A DNA stretch of 64,000 bases, from NCBI RefSeq assembly GCF_009914755.1, contig NC_060930.1; one strand, 5' to 3'. The translations under genes were made by a program, and so were the position numbers. Origin of the DNA: the human T2T-CHM13v2.0 reference genome, Homo sapiens. The notes beneath the pieces were generated by a model, which did not search any database, had not been told where the DNA came from, and was given only the letters and a program-made list of their open reading frames with translations. Below are positions 27,150-41,886 of this stretch, one piece after another (position 1 is the first letter of the stretch; every line of letters starts with the position of its first letter).

Positions 27150-27280
27150 AATAAAATAAGATTGCCCATGTGTTGGTGATTATCAAAACTAAATGATGTT
27201 TGGGGGGTGTTCATTATTTTATTCTGCATTTTTCTATATGATTGAAATGTTTCATAATAGAAAGATACAAAAAGTAAAAT
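27150..27280 (+). mobile_element. L1ME-type 3' terminal fragment
   Basis: gttcattattttattctgcatttttctatatgattgaaatgtttcataat. Confidence 0.55.
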
Positions 27281-29492
27281 AAACTATGGTCTGCTCCTGG
27301 GAGTGAATGTTGTGACGGTTTGCCTCTCTAGCTATATTCATTTTAATGTTCATTTTCCCCTTGACGTAAGTTTATGCCAAAAAAAGAATAGTCAGCATTT
27401 TAGTGGATTCATCATGCTGAGTAAACTCAGAAATGCAACTCCTATTCTAAACTTGGCAAAATTTCCTTCGGGTTTCATCCCAAATTATAGTGGGTCACTT
27501 AAATGACAGCTTTGCCTACTAGAAACTGTTAAAACAGTTGTAATTACAAAGGGTAGTTAGTGCAACCATTTTGTTCTCAGTGAGTCAGTTGTATTTGCTC
27601 TTCTTTCCTTCCCCCAACCAAGATTGCTCCTGCCTGACCCCAGACACAGGAAAGTCACCAGGTTAAACAAACGTGTTGTTTGAGTGAGCCCAGGTGCATT
27701 TCTTAATCATACCCCAAAGCCATTGTTTAGGTTGTAAATGGTCAGTTGGTTTTCTCTTAAATGCTGTTGCAAAAAGCAAATAAAGCTAGGAGCAAAATGT
27801 GTACCCAGAATAAGGCTTAGAAAATACTTTATTTCTTGCACTAAGAAATGTTGCTTGAGACTAGAAGAATTTCATTTTTGTTTGTTGCCTCTGGTTGCAT
27901 GTCCATTTCTTAAATTGTTTTCAGGAATTCTTATAATAAATAAAGACTCATACAAAAGGGCTTGACAAAAGTTAACTCCCATTTATCTGTCCTTCTAAAA
28001 GAGAACATTAGTAAAGGTAATCCAAAGTAGCAGATAATCTGGTTATATTTTATGCATTATGTTGTTTCCTTTGTCATTTTAATAAACAGGTAATGAACAT
28101 AACTTGTATTATAGTTTCTGAAACACCATACTAAGTACCAAGGAGGGTTACAGGGCCAGAGAGCTTCCAGGTCACAAAAAGTCCAACCTGGAGTTGATTT
28201 TTTTTTTTCTTTTGATAAATCACGGGTAAGTTAGAGTAGGCTATAATTAGAACACTTTTATTAAAACCATGCAAATTAGCATGTGCTGTTTGTCCTTGGC
28301 CTGAAGAAGACATTTCTCTGCACATAAAAATGTTTTCCTGTTTCTTTCTCTGTTTTTTGTTAGATTTTATCAGAATTATGTGTTTAGGGGGAAATCTAGG
28401 TTTATTAGCCAAACACACATGTTTATAATCTGCTATTGTGAAAAGTTATTCTAAAAAATTGAAATGCTTGGAAGGAAAAAGTTCTATTTACATCTACAGT
28501 GGTTTTTAACATCTGCAAACACAGTTAATCTGCATGAATTAGTGCACACTCCACCACTAAAAGTGAGTCTTTAACAGGTAGTCACTATTTTTCTGTATTT
28601 TGTGAAGTGGGCTTCTTGCTTTCTTTTAGTGGCTTGTTATATTAGTAATTTTTCTGCATATACATGTCAGTGGACACACTTGAGAAGAAACATTGTCATC
28701 TAGCTCCTGTGTTGGTGAACTGGGCTTTTCTTTTTCTTTTGATAACTATCATTATTTAATTACTTTTCTACATATATATGCATGTATCAACTGAACTAGA
28801 AGCAAATTCATATATGTCATTAAACATGTATGTATTTATGCACTTGATAAGTTAGCCTATGAGTAGAAAGAAAACTAACATTAGTGCTTTACTCAACCAG
28901 AGCATCTTTTGTGCAGCAATCCCACCTTTTTAAAACAGCTCAGAACCTCTAAAAAAGCCTATTTGGGCCCAGATTGTTAAAATTATTGTGTAATTCTCCT
29001 CACCCACCTCATTACTTCTTCGGTCCCTCATCCACAAACAGTTCAATCTTTTTTTAAAACAAATCAGTTCAAACTGATGCCTGGTTTCCCAAAACACAGT
29101 CAACACTAATAGCAGGTAAAAGAGGGTAGTTATTGCTTCAAAAAGTCAGAGCTCTAGTAAGAAGTGACAGCATCCTAAATGAAAGCAAGGACGGGCCATA
29201 AAAACTATAAGTCATTAACAGAGGAACTCCGAAAGTGCAGCTGCCCAAGACCACTTAATTTGGACCCAAATACCCAGATATCCCTATATATTTCAGTAGC
29301 CTTAGGGTAAAATAATTGGGATCAGTTTACATTCGGAAACAGATATTTTGTTTTAAAATAGAATTTTTAGAAACTTTGGTATTTTAGAAATAACTTTTAC
29401 TTACCTTGAAAAGTCTCAGGAACTGCTGCTTCTTAATAAGGTAGGGTAAATGAAGTATTACTACAGAGAGTGGTTGAATAAAAGAAATAATA

Positions 29493-30494
<1,002 letters not shown>

Positions 30495-30574
30495 TTATTT
30501 ACTTAATTAGATGCTATAAAATATTAGTCTTTGAGATTTTTATTATATTTTTGTCTTAAAGAAAGACTCCTCTA

Positions 30575-30895
30575 AGCTGGATGTGGTGGCTCATCCCTGT
30601 AATCCCAGTAATTTGGGAGACTGTGGTGGGAGAATCATTTGAGCCTAGGAGTTTGAGACCAGCCTGGACAACGTAAGGAGACTCCTGTCTCTACAAAAGA
30701 TTTAAAAATTAGCCAGGTGTGGTGGCATGTGCCTGTGTTTCCAGCTACTCGGGAGGCTGAAACAAGAGGATCAGATGGCTTAAGTCCAGGAGTTCGAGGC
30801 TGCAGTGAGTTGTGATCGCACCACTGCACTCTAGCCTCAATGACAGAGCAAGACATTGTCTCAAAAAAAGAAAAAAGAAAAGAAAAGATAAAAGA
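30575..30895 (+). mobile_element. AluJ
   Basis: Dimer with A/GA-rich tail. Confidence 0.93.
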
Positions 30896-33350
30896 CGGCA
30901 CTAGGCATAACTTGAGTGGGATAATTTTAAGTAGTGTATCAGGACAATGAATTTTTAATTGTAGTATTAAATATACAAAAAATATTGATATATATTTCAA
31001 TAATCACACTTCCTATGACTACCTTAAGAACTGTTGTTAATTCATATCTGCTAGTGTACAGGGAATTCATATCTACTAGTGTACAGTAAAATATTATATA
31101 ACAAAAATGTAAAATATTTTCTACAGCTTTGGGCAGAGGCATACAGCAAAAATCTATATCAAAAGCCTTGGGTTATACCACCATTCCTTCTTCCCTCAAA
31201 GACTAGGCGTCTCTGTGACATCAAGTTTCTTAAATATGGAAAAGGGACAGTTTCATTTCAGATGTCACTTACTGATTTACATTTCTCTTTTAATCAGATT
31301 TGTCTAGTGATTTAAGATTACAAAAGTCACTTCACCCAGCTCTTTATGTTTGAAGAATAATGGCCATTTGACTCAATCCTGAGAGCCACGGTATTGTCAA
31401 GCCTTCATTATCTCCTGTGCTTTGAATAACATAATGTAGCAACAGAGTGCTTTGAGTTGTTTTTCTAGAGAGAGAGAGATGTGGGTTTGGATTCTTGCCT
31501 GCTGGCCCTGTTGAGCTTTGAGCTATCTGCTGTCTGGAAATAGCAAATTCAGTTTTTAATGGATCCGGCACTCTATGATAGCCAGGTTTTCATGGCACAT
31601 GCAGATAAAGAAACAAGTTATTGATTTGGCATGTTTATGCCATGCTTAAAACAGTTCTCTGCAGCAGATTGTCCAAAGCCATTTGTGCACTTAACTCTAT
31701 TTCTCATCTTTGGCAAAAATAAAAAAGTGTTTAAAAAGTAATTTTAGGGATGTTGTTAAATATCAGGAACAATTGAATAAATGTCTAGTTGATGAGATTC
31801 CCTATTGTTTTATTGATACATGTCCTTATACGAAAACCATGCTCAGGGTATGCCCTTGAAACACAGGGAAGTCAGTACCTCAATAAGTGTTAAATCCATT
31901 TCCTCATCCTCATTCTAAAGCCAAAGGAATGACCCAGCCTTGAAATAAGGACATACTGAAGAGCTCTTTCGGTGCAAAATCTGTGCTTTTGTTTATTAAA
32001 GTATCTTCCCTCTCAAAGTGACCATAGAGTTGTTACCAAAGATGCAGACATAGCTGAGCTGTTTCCTGCTTCAGCAGAGGGTAACCCTCCCATTCCTTGC
32101 ATCCTCATCAATGCCAACCTAATCCAAAGGCATTTTTCTCATTTTTAACCCTCGTCAGCTTGTGATTTGAGTAGCAGATTATGTTTAACAATTATACCTA
32201 TACATTTTGGCCTAATTTTGATATCATACCTGTATATTTTTTCCTTTGCCTTTTTAAGATGGCATTATTCTAAAAATTAAGCATGATTTTTTACATATCA
32301 GTTTAACTTATTTTCTTACTGTAACTGCAGAGATGGGTAGAATCGAGGTATTTACAAATGGCAGAAATTCGGTGCGCTTAAGATGATATATCCAGAGACC
32401 CATAGATGCCAGAATTTTTCTCAGCCAGTTACCCTGAGGATTGACAAAGAGATTGAAATCTGAGTAGACTTTTATTATGATGATTAATATTGTAATAAAG
32501 CAACCATTTAAAGCATACCATGTAACCAGCACTATTCTCAAAGCTTTACATATGCACATAACTCATTTATCTTTATACCAACATTCTAAGGTGAGTATGC
32601 TAGTAAATTACAGAGCAGTATACGTGGAGATGGGAAAATGGCAGCAGGGCAGGAGAGAAGAGATAGGATGCCATCCTGTTCAGCTGATGGCATTTGTGAC
32701 TGCCTTTTATGGACAGGTGGGGTCACAGTGCAGAGACTGGAAAGTTTCCTAGGTCATCATTTAAGAATACCCTACTTAGCAGCATATTCTCTCCCCTGCA
32801 CCTCCCCATCCAAGAACTCCCAGGAATATCAGTAATAGGGAAAAGGCAAAGTTCATGATGAAATCCTTTGCTAACATTCAGTATAAAAGTATTAATAAAT
32901 TAATCAACAGGTCTACATAGATATGGCAGTTACTGTATTTTCAAATTATTTACCACGCCTAAAAGTATCTGTGTTTCAACTGTCATTGGTTATATACTTC
33001 CTCTATGAAATTCACTAGTATGAGGAAGAAACTAGCAAAGGGACAAAGAGGAATGTCACTGTGCCAAGAGCCAGAGTACTTCCCCTCCATCCCGGGGCTG
33101 GTCACCTCCTGTTCTGTCACCAGTTGCCCTGGGTATGTCCCTGGTTATCAGTCTTTGCACCCAGTTAAGATGTATCCCCATTCTCTTTCTCTCTTGACGA
33201 TGTCAGAGTCTTGATACATACCCTGCCCCAACAGCTCTGTTTTTTTTCCTGTATCTCCCCACCAGTGTGTGCTTACCAACCTTTCTTATCCCCATCCAGA
33301 GGACAAACTTGGCTAGCACACCATCTACTTGGTATATAAGTCCTGTTACA

Positions 33351-33830
<480 letters not shown>

Positions 33831-35208
33831 GTTGCGTGAGCATTATACATTCCACTTGGGCAAATTGAGGCTCGAAAGACAAACAACAGCACCCACAATG
33901 GAATGAAATACAAAATGATTGTAAAACTTCCCCTTGGTTTACTACAAAGGACCTGAGGAAGCTTCTTCCTATTCCTAATCCTATCCTTGTATATAATGCA
34001 CCTGGTCTCCCCATCAAAGGCTAACACGTGTGTCAGCTACAGTTTTTCAAACTTTTATTCGTTCATTTAAGAAGAAAAAGTTTTAATTTGCCTTTGGTTC
34101 TCTCAAATATGCTGACAAAGTTTTAACCTCGGGAACTTGTTTGGAAAATTGTTCAGCAGGCACAAAGAAAATTAAATTTAAAAGTGTCCATATTATATTT
34201 TCCAGGAAGAAGAATTTTCCAATCTCTCCCTACCCCCCAGAAGGTTCACTTTGTTTCTCCGTGATACATTTTATCATAAAATATAATTAATGACTTCTTT
34301 GTAGCTGAAGTTGTTTATATTGAGACATACTGAGAAACATTAATGCTGCTGATGCTTTAAACAAGGAATATAGGCATCCACTAGAGAAGTGAGGAGGCCG
34401 TTACTGCTTTTTCCTCCTTTTTCTGCGCTGCTCACATTTGAAGACTGTCAAGGGTCCTGTGATTGGTAGTTTGGGCTGATGCTGTTTGCAGACTGGGCTC
34501 CCCAGGTCTGCCTTTGTCTTCCTCAGCAATATTTTTAACAGCAGCTAAAAGGCCACTCTCAGATGATTACCAACCTCCAACACAGATTCAGGGTTGCACA
34601 AAACCATTTCCAGATTTCTGTTTACAAAGAATAGTGAGATGAAAGTATTTCCATGGGCCAATAATTTATTTTCTCTGGGGTTTTCGTGTAAGATTTAGAA
34701 GACATGATTACAGTTAGCATTTATTGCACTTTTAAACGTATACGTTAACACTCTTGAAATTGAGAAACTAGAGAATTTTAGCATCTGGAAAGAAAGTAAG
34801 TCAACCAGCTTCTCCTAATGATTGTTAATATTTTCCATTATTCAACACTCTGCCTTTGGGTACCTTTGAGAATTCCAGAGGCATTTTAAATGCACATGTC
34901 TCAAATAAAAATAAAGGAATTTTAAAGACTCAACTTTGTTTGAATTTAGCTATCGTTATGTGGTAGACACATGGGTAAGAAAGGAGACTATTCCACTTTT
35001 AATTACGTTGAAGTATAACAATAATCCAGCTACAATGCTTAAAACAGAAATCTCGAATTCAGTTTAGGCTTTGCGGGTGGCAGTGGAGGGTGTCTTTTTA
35101 AAGCTGCTTTTTTTATCTTTATTATTTACTTTTTAATTCTTATGGACACTTTCATTTCTAACTTAAAAGTTTCACTGGATATAGCTGATGTTTTTAGGAT
35201 TTGCCTCA

Positions 35209-35281
35209 CTCCCTCTCCCCTTCGTCCCGACCATCTTCCCCTCCTCTGCTCCTTTCCTCCCCTCCCTTCCTCTTTCTTCCT
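35209..35281. repeat. CT-rich low-complexity tract
   Basis: ctccctctccccttc...cctttcctcccctcccttcctctttcttcc. Confidence 0.8.
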
Positions 35282-35325
35282 GTTGAGAACTTCATTTCCC
35301 TGGTTTACTTTCTGTTAGAAAGTAT

Positions 35326-35737
35326 GAATCAATGAAATTTGCTAATACTTGCCTTAGAGGGTTGTCATAAGGATTCAATGGAAAGCATCTAGAATAGCAT
35401 CTAGCACACAGTAAGTGCTCAATAAATGACTATGATTCTTATAGTAAAATCATACTTTCTAGGATGTCAGCTCTGCCACTAGTACTCACCACATGGTATA
35501 TGTTCAATAAATAACTGGTTATTTTAATGTGAAGTTACAATTTTTAGAATTTAAGTAGGGATTTTGTCTATTTTGTTCAATGTTTCCTCAACACCCAAAG
35601 CAGTTCTTGACATGTGGGAGGTGCTCTGTAAATATCTGTTGATTGGAGAAATTAATAGGTTTTCGCTTCTAAAACCTCAGCAGGGTGTGTGTAGAAATCT
35701 TAATTCTTCCTAACAGTTGCAGTGGTCATGGGTTTTG
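35326..35737 (+). repeat. ~410-bp local duplication, copy A (derived)
   Basis: Colinear and highly similar to 37641-38055 by eye. Confidence 0.95.
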
Positions 35738-36589
35738 TTGCTTTCAGTTTCTCCTTCCATGTTTGTTGATGATCTTCTTATACCATTCTTTATACTTATA
35801 TTTTCTTAGTATCCCACCTACTTTTGCATTTCCCCACACAATTTCTTAGGGGTTCTTGCTTTTTTTCCTCTGTTGTGAGCTTGGGCTCTTCAACATGGTG
35901 CATTTGGGTACCTGTTTCTCTTCTATTGGAGACAGTAAGGTGAAAACTCAGTACTAGGTTCAATCCAAGGTTCATCCATTCTCCCTTGTAAGAGTCTTAC
36001 ACTATAGAGCTGGAAAGGCCCTTAGAGCTCATGGAGTCCCACCGCCCTCCTCCATCCCTCCTCTGTTGTTCAGGGAAGAGAGGCTTTTTTGTCCTGTTGA
36101 TTTAATACTCATCCTTCAAGACCCAGTTTAATTTCACCTTCTTTGCCTCTTTTCTGATAGACACAGAGGATTGCTCTCACGTCTTGCTACCACTCTGACT
36201 TGTATATACCTTTATTATTTGACATTGTGTGCTCATATAATTCACTTCCATTTAACAAACATTTGAGGTTTTTCCTAGGAGGCAGGCAGAATAACTAGAG
36301 TAAGATGCTTACAATCCATTGGGGCAGGGGCCCCGTCTCCCCGAAGACCTTGAATTATGGACTAGAATTGAATGTGTTATATATATGAAGTGTATTTTAC
36401 CATTCTTTGAATCTGGATACTATAACTGTACAAGGCACTTACCCATCATCCCACAGCAAATTCAGGGCTAAAACCCAGTCTTTTAATTCCCAGTTTTGTG
36501 CTCTGTCTTTGCAAAAATTAATACAGTTGGAATGTTCCAGTAGTAATAACCACAGCTGTGGGAGAATGTCCTAAGTAAGTTTATGCTTG

Positions 36590-37320
36590 GTTTTAATTAT
36601 AAATTAAGTAATACATGCACTTAATACCCTATTCAAGGAAATTCTCCCTTTGTAACCTTATCCTAGAGACCCCTGTTTTCTTCTCCAGAGGCAACCACTG
36701 TTGCTGGTTTTGTATATATGCTTCTGGAGTTATTTTATGCATACACAAATACATACCTTCATGTAAATGTCAGTATGTGTTTTTATATAGATATGTGCTT
36801 TTTAAAAATTTAAATATTATCATACTAGAAAGTCTTCTGTTTCTTTTTTCACTTTACAGTATATCTTGGAGATAATTTCAAACAGTACCTAAAGAGCTGC
36901 CTCATTCTTTTTTAAAAAAATAGCTGTATATATTATATACCAGTTATTCACCATATTTATTTAACTAGACTCTTACTGGTGGATCTTTGAGTGGCATCTG
37001 ATGTTTTTGGTCTTACAAACAGTGCTGTGCAGTGTATAATCTCACGAACATGTCATCTTATCAATGTATAACTGTCACCTGTAGGATAAATTCCTAGAAG
37101 TGAATATCTAGATATTAGATGTGTACATATTAAATCATGATAGATATTGGCCGAGACCCACTCAGCAAGATGTTCCAGTGTACATGCCCATCAACAATGT
37201 AAGACAGCGCTTGTTTCCCCACACCCCTGCTATACACCATGTCAACTAACTTTTAAAATCTTTCCCTATTAGGGAAACAAAGATAACTTCTTATAGTTTT
37301 AATTTATATTTCTCTTATGA
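36590..37320 (-). mobile_element. L1ME-type fragment
   Basis: ccagaggcaaccactgtt...tatatcttggaga...cctcattctttttt...gtaggataaattcctagaagtg. Confidence 0.75.
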
Positions 37321-37396
37321 ATGGTGTCACTCAGTTATTAGAAATAGCCACAAAAACAGAGTGATTTGGTCTTTGATTTTAAACTTTTAAAATCCA

Positions 37397-37750
37397 CGTT
37401 TTAGAATTTCTGACTCTTCCACTTGCAAGCTAGATGATGTCGGCAAGATACTTAAGTTTTCTTTGCCTTGGTTTTCTCCTCTGTAAAATGAGAATACTGC
37501 GTTCCATAGACTCTAAGCCATTATTAAGTCTTATTAATTGTAAGACTCACCATTAATTCACATAACGCTAAGGAAAAAATGCCCATTACAATGGTGTCTT
37601 AAATTGAGAAATGCTAAAATATAAAATAATGTGCATCTTAGAATCGATGAAATTTGCTAATACTTGCCTTAGAAGTTTGTCATAGGGATTAAATGGGAAG
37701 CATCTAGAATAGCATCTAGCACACAGTAAGTGCTCAATAAATGACTATTC
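37397..37750 (+). mobile_element. MIR interrupted by MER104
   Basis: ggcaagatacttaag...ttggttttctcctctgtaaaatgagaata, resuming after the insert as atacttgccttag...cacacagtaagtgctcaataaatg. Confidence 0.75.
37496..37658 (-). mobile_element. MER104-like TcMar (Tc2) MITE
   Basis: Terminal inverted repeats ttccatagactctaag and gtgcatcttagaatcgatgaaat; TA flanks. Confidence 0.6.
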
Positions 37751-38055
37751 TTGCAGTAAAGTTATAGTTTCTAGAATGTCAGCTGTACCACTAGTACTCA
37801 CCACATGGTATATGTTCAATAAATATCTGGTTATTTTAATGTGAAATTGTAGTTATTAGAATGTAAGTAGGGATTTTGTCTATTTTGTTCAATGTTGTTT
37901 TTTTCCCCAACACCAAAGCAGTTCTTGACATGTGGGAGGTGCTCTGTAAATATCTGTTGATTGAAGGAATTAATATGTTTCCTCTTCTAAAACTTCAGCA
38001 AAGTGTGTATAGAGATCTTAATTCTTCCTAACAGCTGCAGTGGTCGTGGGTTTTG
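37641..38055 (+). repeat. ~410-bp local duplication, copy B (donor)
   Basis: Matches 35326-35737 and is continuous with the upstream MER104/MIR. Confidence 0.95.
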
Positions 38056-38740
38056 GGGTTACGTGGTCTTTACCTGTGCCGTCCTGTCCCCCATACACAC
38101 AAAACCTCTAGACCTTATCACAAACCACCTGATTTCATTTTAAAAATAACTAAGCCCTATGGAGCTCAGTTTAAACATTTAAAAACCTTTATTAATAAAA
38201 CCAAAAACTTTGAATTGAAAGAGTTCTTCAGAATATTGTTGATATTTTATCCAAACAAGAGTCAAAATGTTTTTACGTAATCTGTACAGGATCCTAATAA
38301 GAATTTGGCAAGATTTATGTAAGTCCTACATTTTAGAATTTGCATTTTAAAATATATTACACTGTCTGTACAAATCACGTGGTCTTGGACTATTGTTATT
38401 CAGTATGTATTTCCACTACAGAAAGTATAAAGAAATAAAGCCTTCTTTTTGAAGTACCACATTTTGTTTTGTTTTTTAATGGAACATGAGCTCATAGGAG
38501 TTTTTTCGTTTTTCTCAGCTATAAGAGTATGGGCTTTAAGAAAGTCTTTATTACTTCACAGAGTCTATATCCTTTATGCTTTTCTCTTTGAATTTCAGAC
38601 TTTTCTCACATTAGACTACTTGGCTTTATAGACTTTGCTTTGGTTAGTTTGGTTACAGATATCTGAATATTTCCATATTGCATAGGCCTCTCTGTTTTCA
38701 ACCTTTGAGAATGTAGGATGTAATACTGATTTGTTACTGT

Positions 38741-39062
38741 ATTTTATTTATTTATTTATTTATTTATTTAGAGACAAGATCGCACACTGTTGTCCAGGCT
38801 AGAGTACAGTGCCACAATGATATAGCTCACTGCAGCCTCGAACTCCTGGGTTCAAGCAATCCCCCCACATCAGCCTTCTGAGTAGCTAGGATACAGGCAC
38901 ACACTACCATCCCCAGTTAGGTTTTTTTTTTTTTTTTTTTTTGGTAGGGGGAGGGTCTCACTATGTTGCCCAGGCTGGTCTCAAACTACTGGCTTTTAGC
39001 GATCCTCCCACCTTGGCCCTTCAAAATAAAAAGGATTACAGGCATGAGCCACCTCTCCCAGC
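38741..39062 (-). mobile_element. AluJ
   Basis: (TTTA)n tail plus antisense dimer. Confidence 0.95.
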
Positions 39063-39289
39063 TGGATTTAATTGCTTTAAAAAGAGGAGATAGGAAATAC
39101 ATTATGTGTTTTTATGTACATTTGTATGTGTATATATATGTGTATGTATAGATGTACATGCTGTGTAAAATATGAACTCTGGCTGATATCAAGACTAGCT
39201 GAGATGACTTAATTCTCCACAGATAGCCCAGGTTTTCTGGCTAATATTATTTTCCCCACCTTATAAGTGTCTTTAAAACTCTGAACAGT

Positions 39290-39597
39290 GGCTGGGCACG
39301 GCATTGGGATACCTGTAATCCCAACACTTTGAGAGGCTGAGGCAGGTGGGTCACTTGAGGCCAGGAGTTGGAGACCCGCCTGGCCAACATGGTGAAACCC
39401 CATCTCTACAAAAAATAGAAAAATTAGCCAGGTGTGGTGGTGTGTGCCTGTAGTCCCAGCTACTCAGGAGGCTGAGGTGGAAGGATCACTTGAGCCTGGG
39501 GGAGCGGAGGTTACAGTAAGCCAAGAACGCAGCACTGCACTCCAGCCTGGGCAACAGAGCGAAACTCCATCTCAAAACAAAACAAAACAAAAAAACA
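39290..39597 (+). mobile_element. AluJb/S
   Basis: Dimer; TSD aaaactctgaa. Confidence 0.95.
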
Positions 39598-40727
39598 GGA
39601 AAACTCTGAAGGTCTTTGAGTGTACTACAAATTAAGTGTGGATATTGGTGCCTTAAGTTTAGTTGATAGGGCTTGAGTCAGAGTCTTGTTAAAAACTCAA
39701 CCTGTCTTTTACAGTACAACCTGGTCCTGCTCCGGGGCCCTGTGTTCAGGAACTGAAGCATTCTTGTTCTTGCATAAGCATCTCCACATGGGTGAAGTTC
39801 ACTCCCGCATGTTGTAAAAGTCCACTTTTATCACAGACCTATTTTTGATGTGTTTATATGACTTTACAGTCACTGACCCTTCACTTACTTGAAGAAGATA
39901 AGGTCCAAACCTGAAAGTTTGCTCTGAAAATTTGAGGCAAACCTATTATCTCCTTCTGAAATACTATCACAGTCTGCACTAGGGCTTAGAACAACAGATT
40001 TAAATTGCTACCCAGCTATCACCAAATTAGTGCCCCCCAAAGGTCAGCAGCTGCAAACACTTCCGTCTTAGGAATACCTTTCTAGGACTGATTAGTGATT
40101 CAGCTTTCTCTTTTTGTACTTGTTGCTTTAAACATTCACTAGTTCTCACTTCAGTTGTAACATGCACATGTTCTCATTTTAAACAAAGCCAAATGGTTTT
40201 TAAATCCATGGATGAAAAATCATTTTCAAATCGAGTATTCATGATAAATTTTGAATATGTAATAGATATGTACTTAAAACTTCACTCAAGGATTGCAAAA
40301 TACTTATCTAAACATAGGTGTTTGTGTGTATTTTGTAATTTTCAGGACATAGTTTGATAATGGAATAGTGCTTGTTAGCATGTATCTCTATCAGGGTTTC
40401 TTCTGGCCTCTCTGGCTTCCTCCTTCACATTTCTCTTCATTTGTGTCTCTCTGATGTTGCTGCTGCCCATTCACAGTAGAGTCCTGTTCCTTGGTAGGCC
40501 ATGGCTGCTCAGATGCATCCCAGACATACATGCAACAGACTCGGGGGCATTTCCTTTTGAATGGTACCCCAGCCCCACTATATCCAGGACTGAATTCATC
40601 ACTGTATTTATTACCTCGATGAATATTACATCTCTCCAGCTACTGAACCAAAACCAGAATGTCATCCTAGACTCCTCCCACTCCCTTTACCCACTACTTT
40701 TGATTGTTCTCATTTTCCCAGATCTAT

Positions 40728-40819
40728 ACCTGTAATTTATCTGGGTTTGACCTCGTTCTCTTTGTGGCAATGGCAATGGCCACAAAGAGAACGAGGTCAA
40801 ATCTAGATAAATTATAGGT
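40728..40819 (+). repeat. Inverted repeat, 41-bp arms with 10-nt loop (hairpin/palindrome)
   Basis: Arms 40728-40768 and 40779-40819 are reverse complements with 3 differences, all G-U on the + strand. Confidence 0.97.
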
Positions 40820-41187
40820 TCACTTGGTGGCAGTTTTCTCCTGAATTTCCTCATCTCTCCCCAACTGATTTTCCTATTTCCATTCTCACTGGCTTCTCCC
40901 AAAACCCAATCCATTCTCTCACTGCTTTGATGGGGATACTTATAAAATGCCATCCAGACTGTTGATCCCCTGTGTAAAATTCTTATGTAGCCCTCAGTCA
41001 CTTACAGGATACAGCCCCAACATGATCCATAAGGCCCTTCCTGGCTAGTAGCTCCTTACCTTTTACCTCGTATTCCATGCTTTCCCCAGTATGCTACACT
41101 CTCTGTGGTCTCAGTGTCTACTCATAAGTTGTTTTTTGTTTCTAGAAGCCACCGTCACTTCATTCATCTGTTTCATCTTTCCCAATA

Positions 41188-41886
<699 letters not shown>

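Noticed and set aside
32585-32600. Consensus donor AAG|GTGAGT
   Set aside because: Lies in an antisense MIR-like remnant with no convincing paired acceptor at a typical exon distance.
39700-39800. Cryptic exon after CTGTCTTTTACAG
   Set aside because: The only nearby donor (TGG|GTGAAG) is weak.
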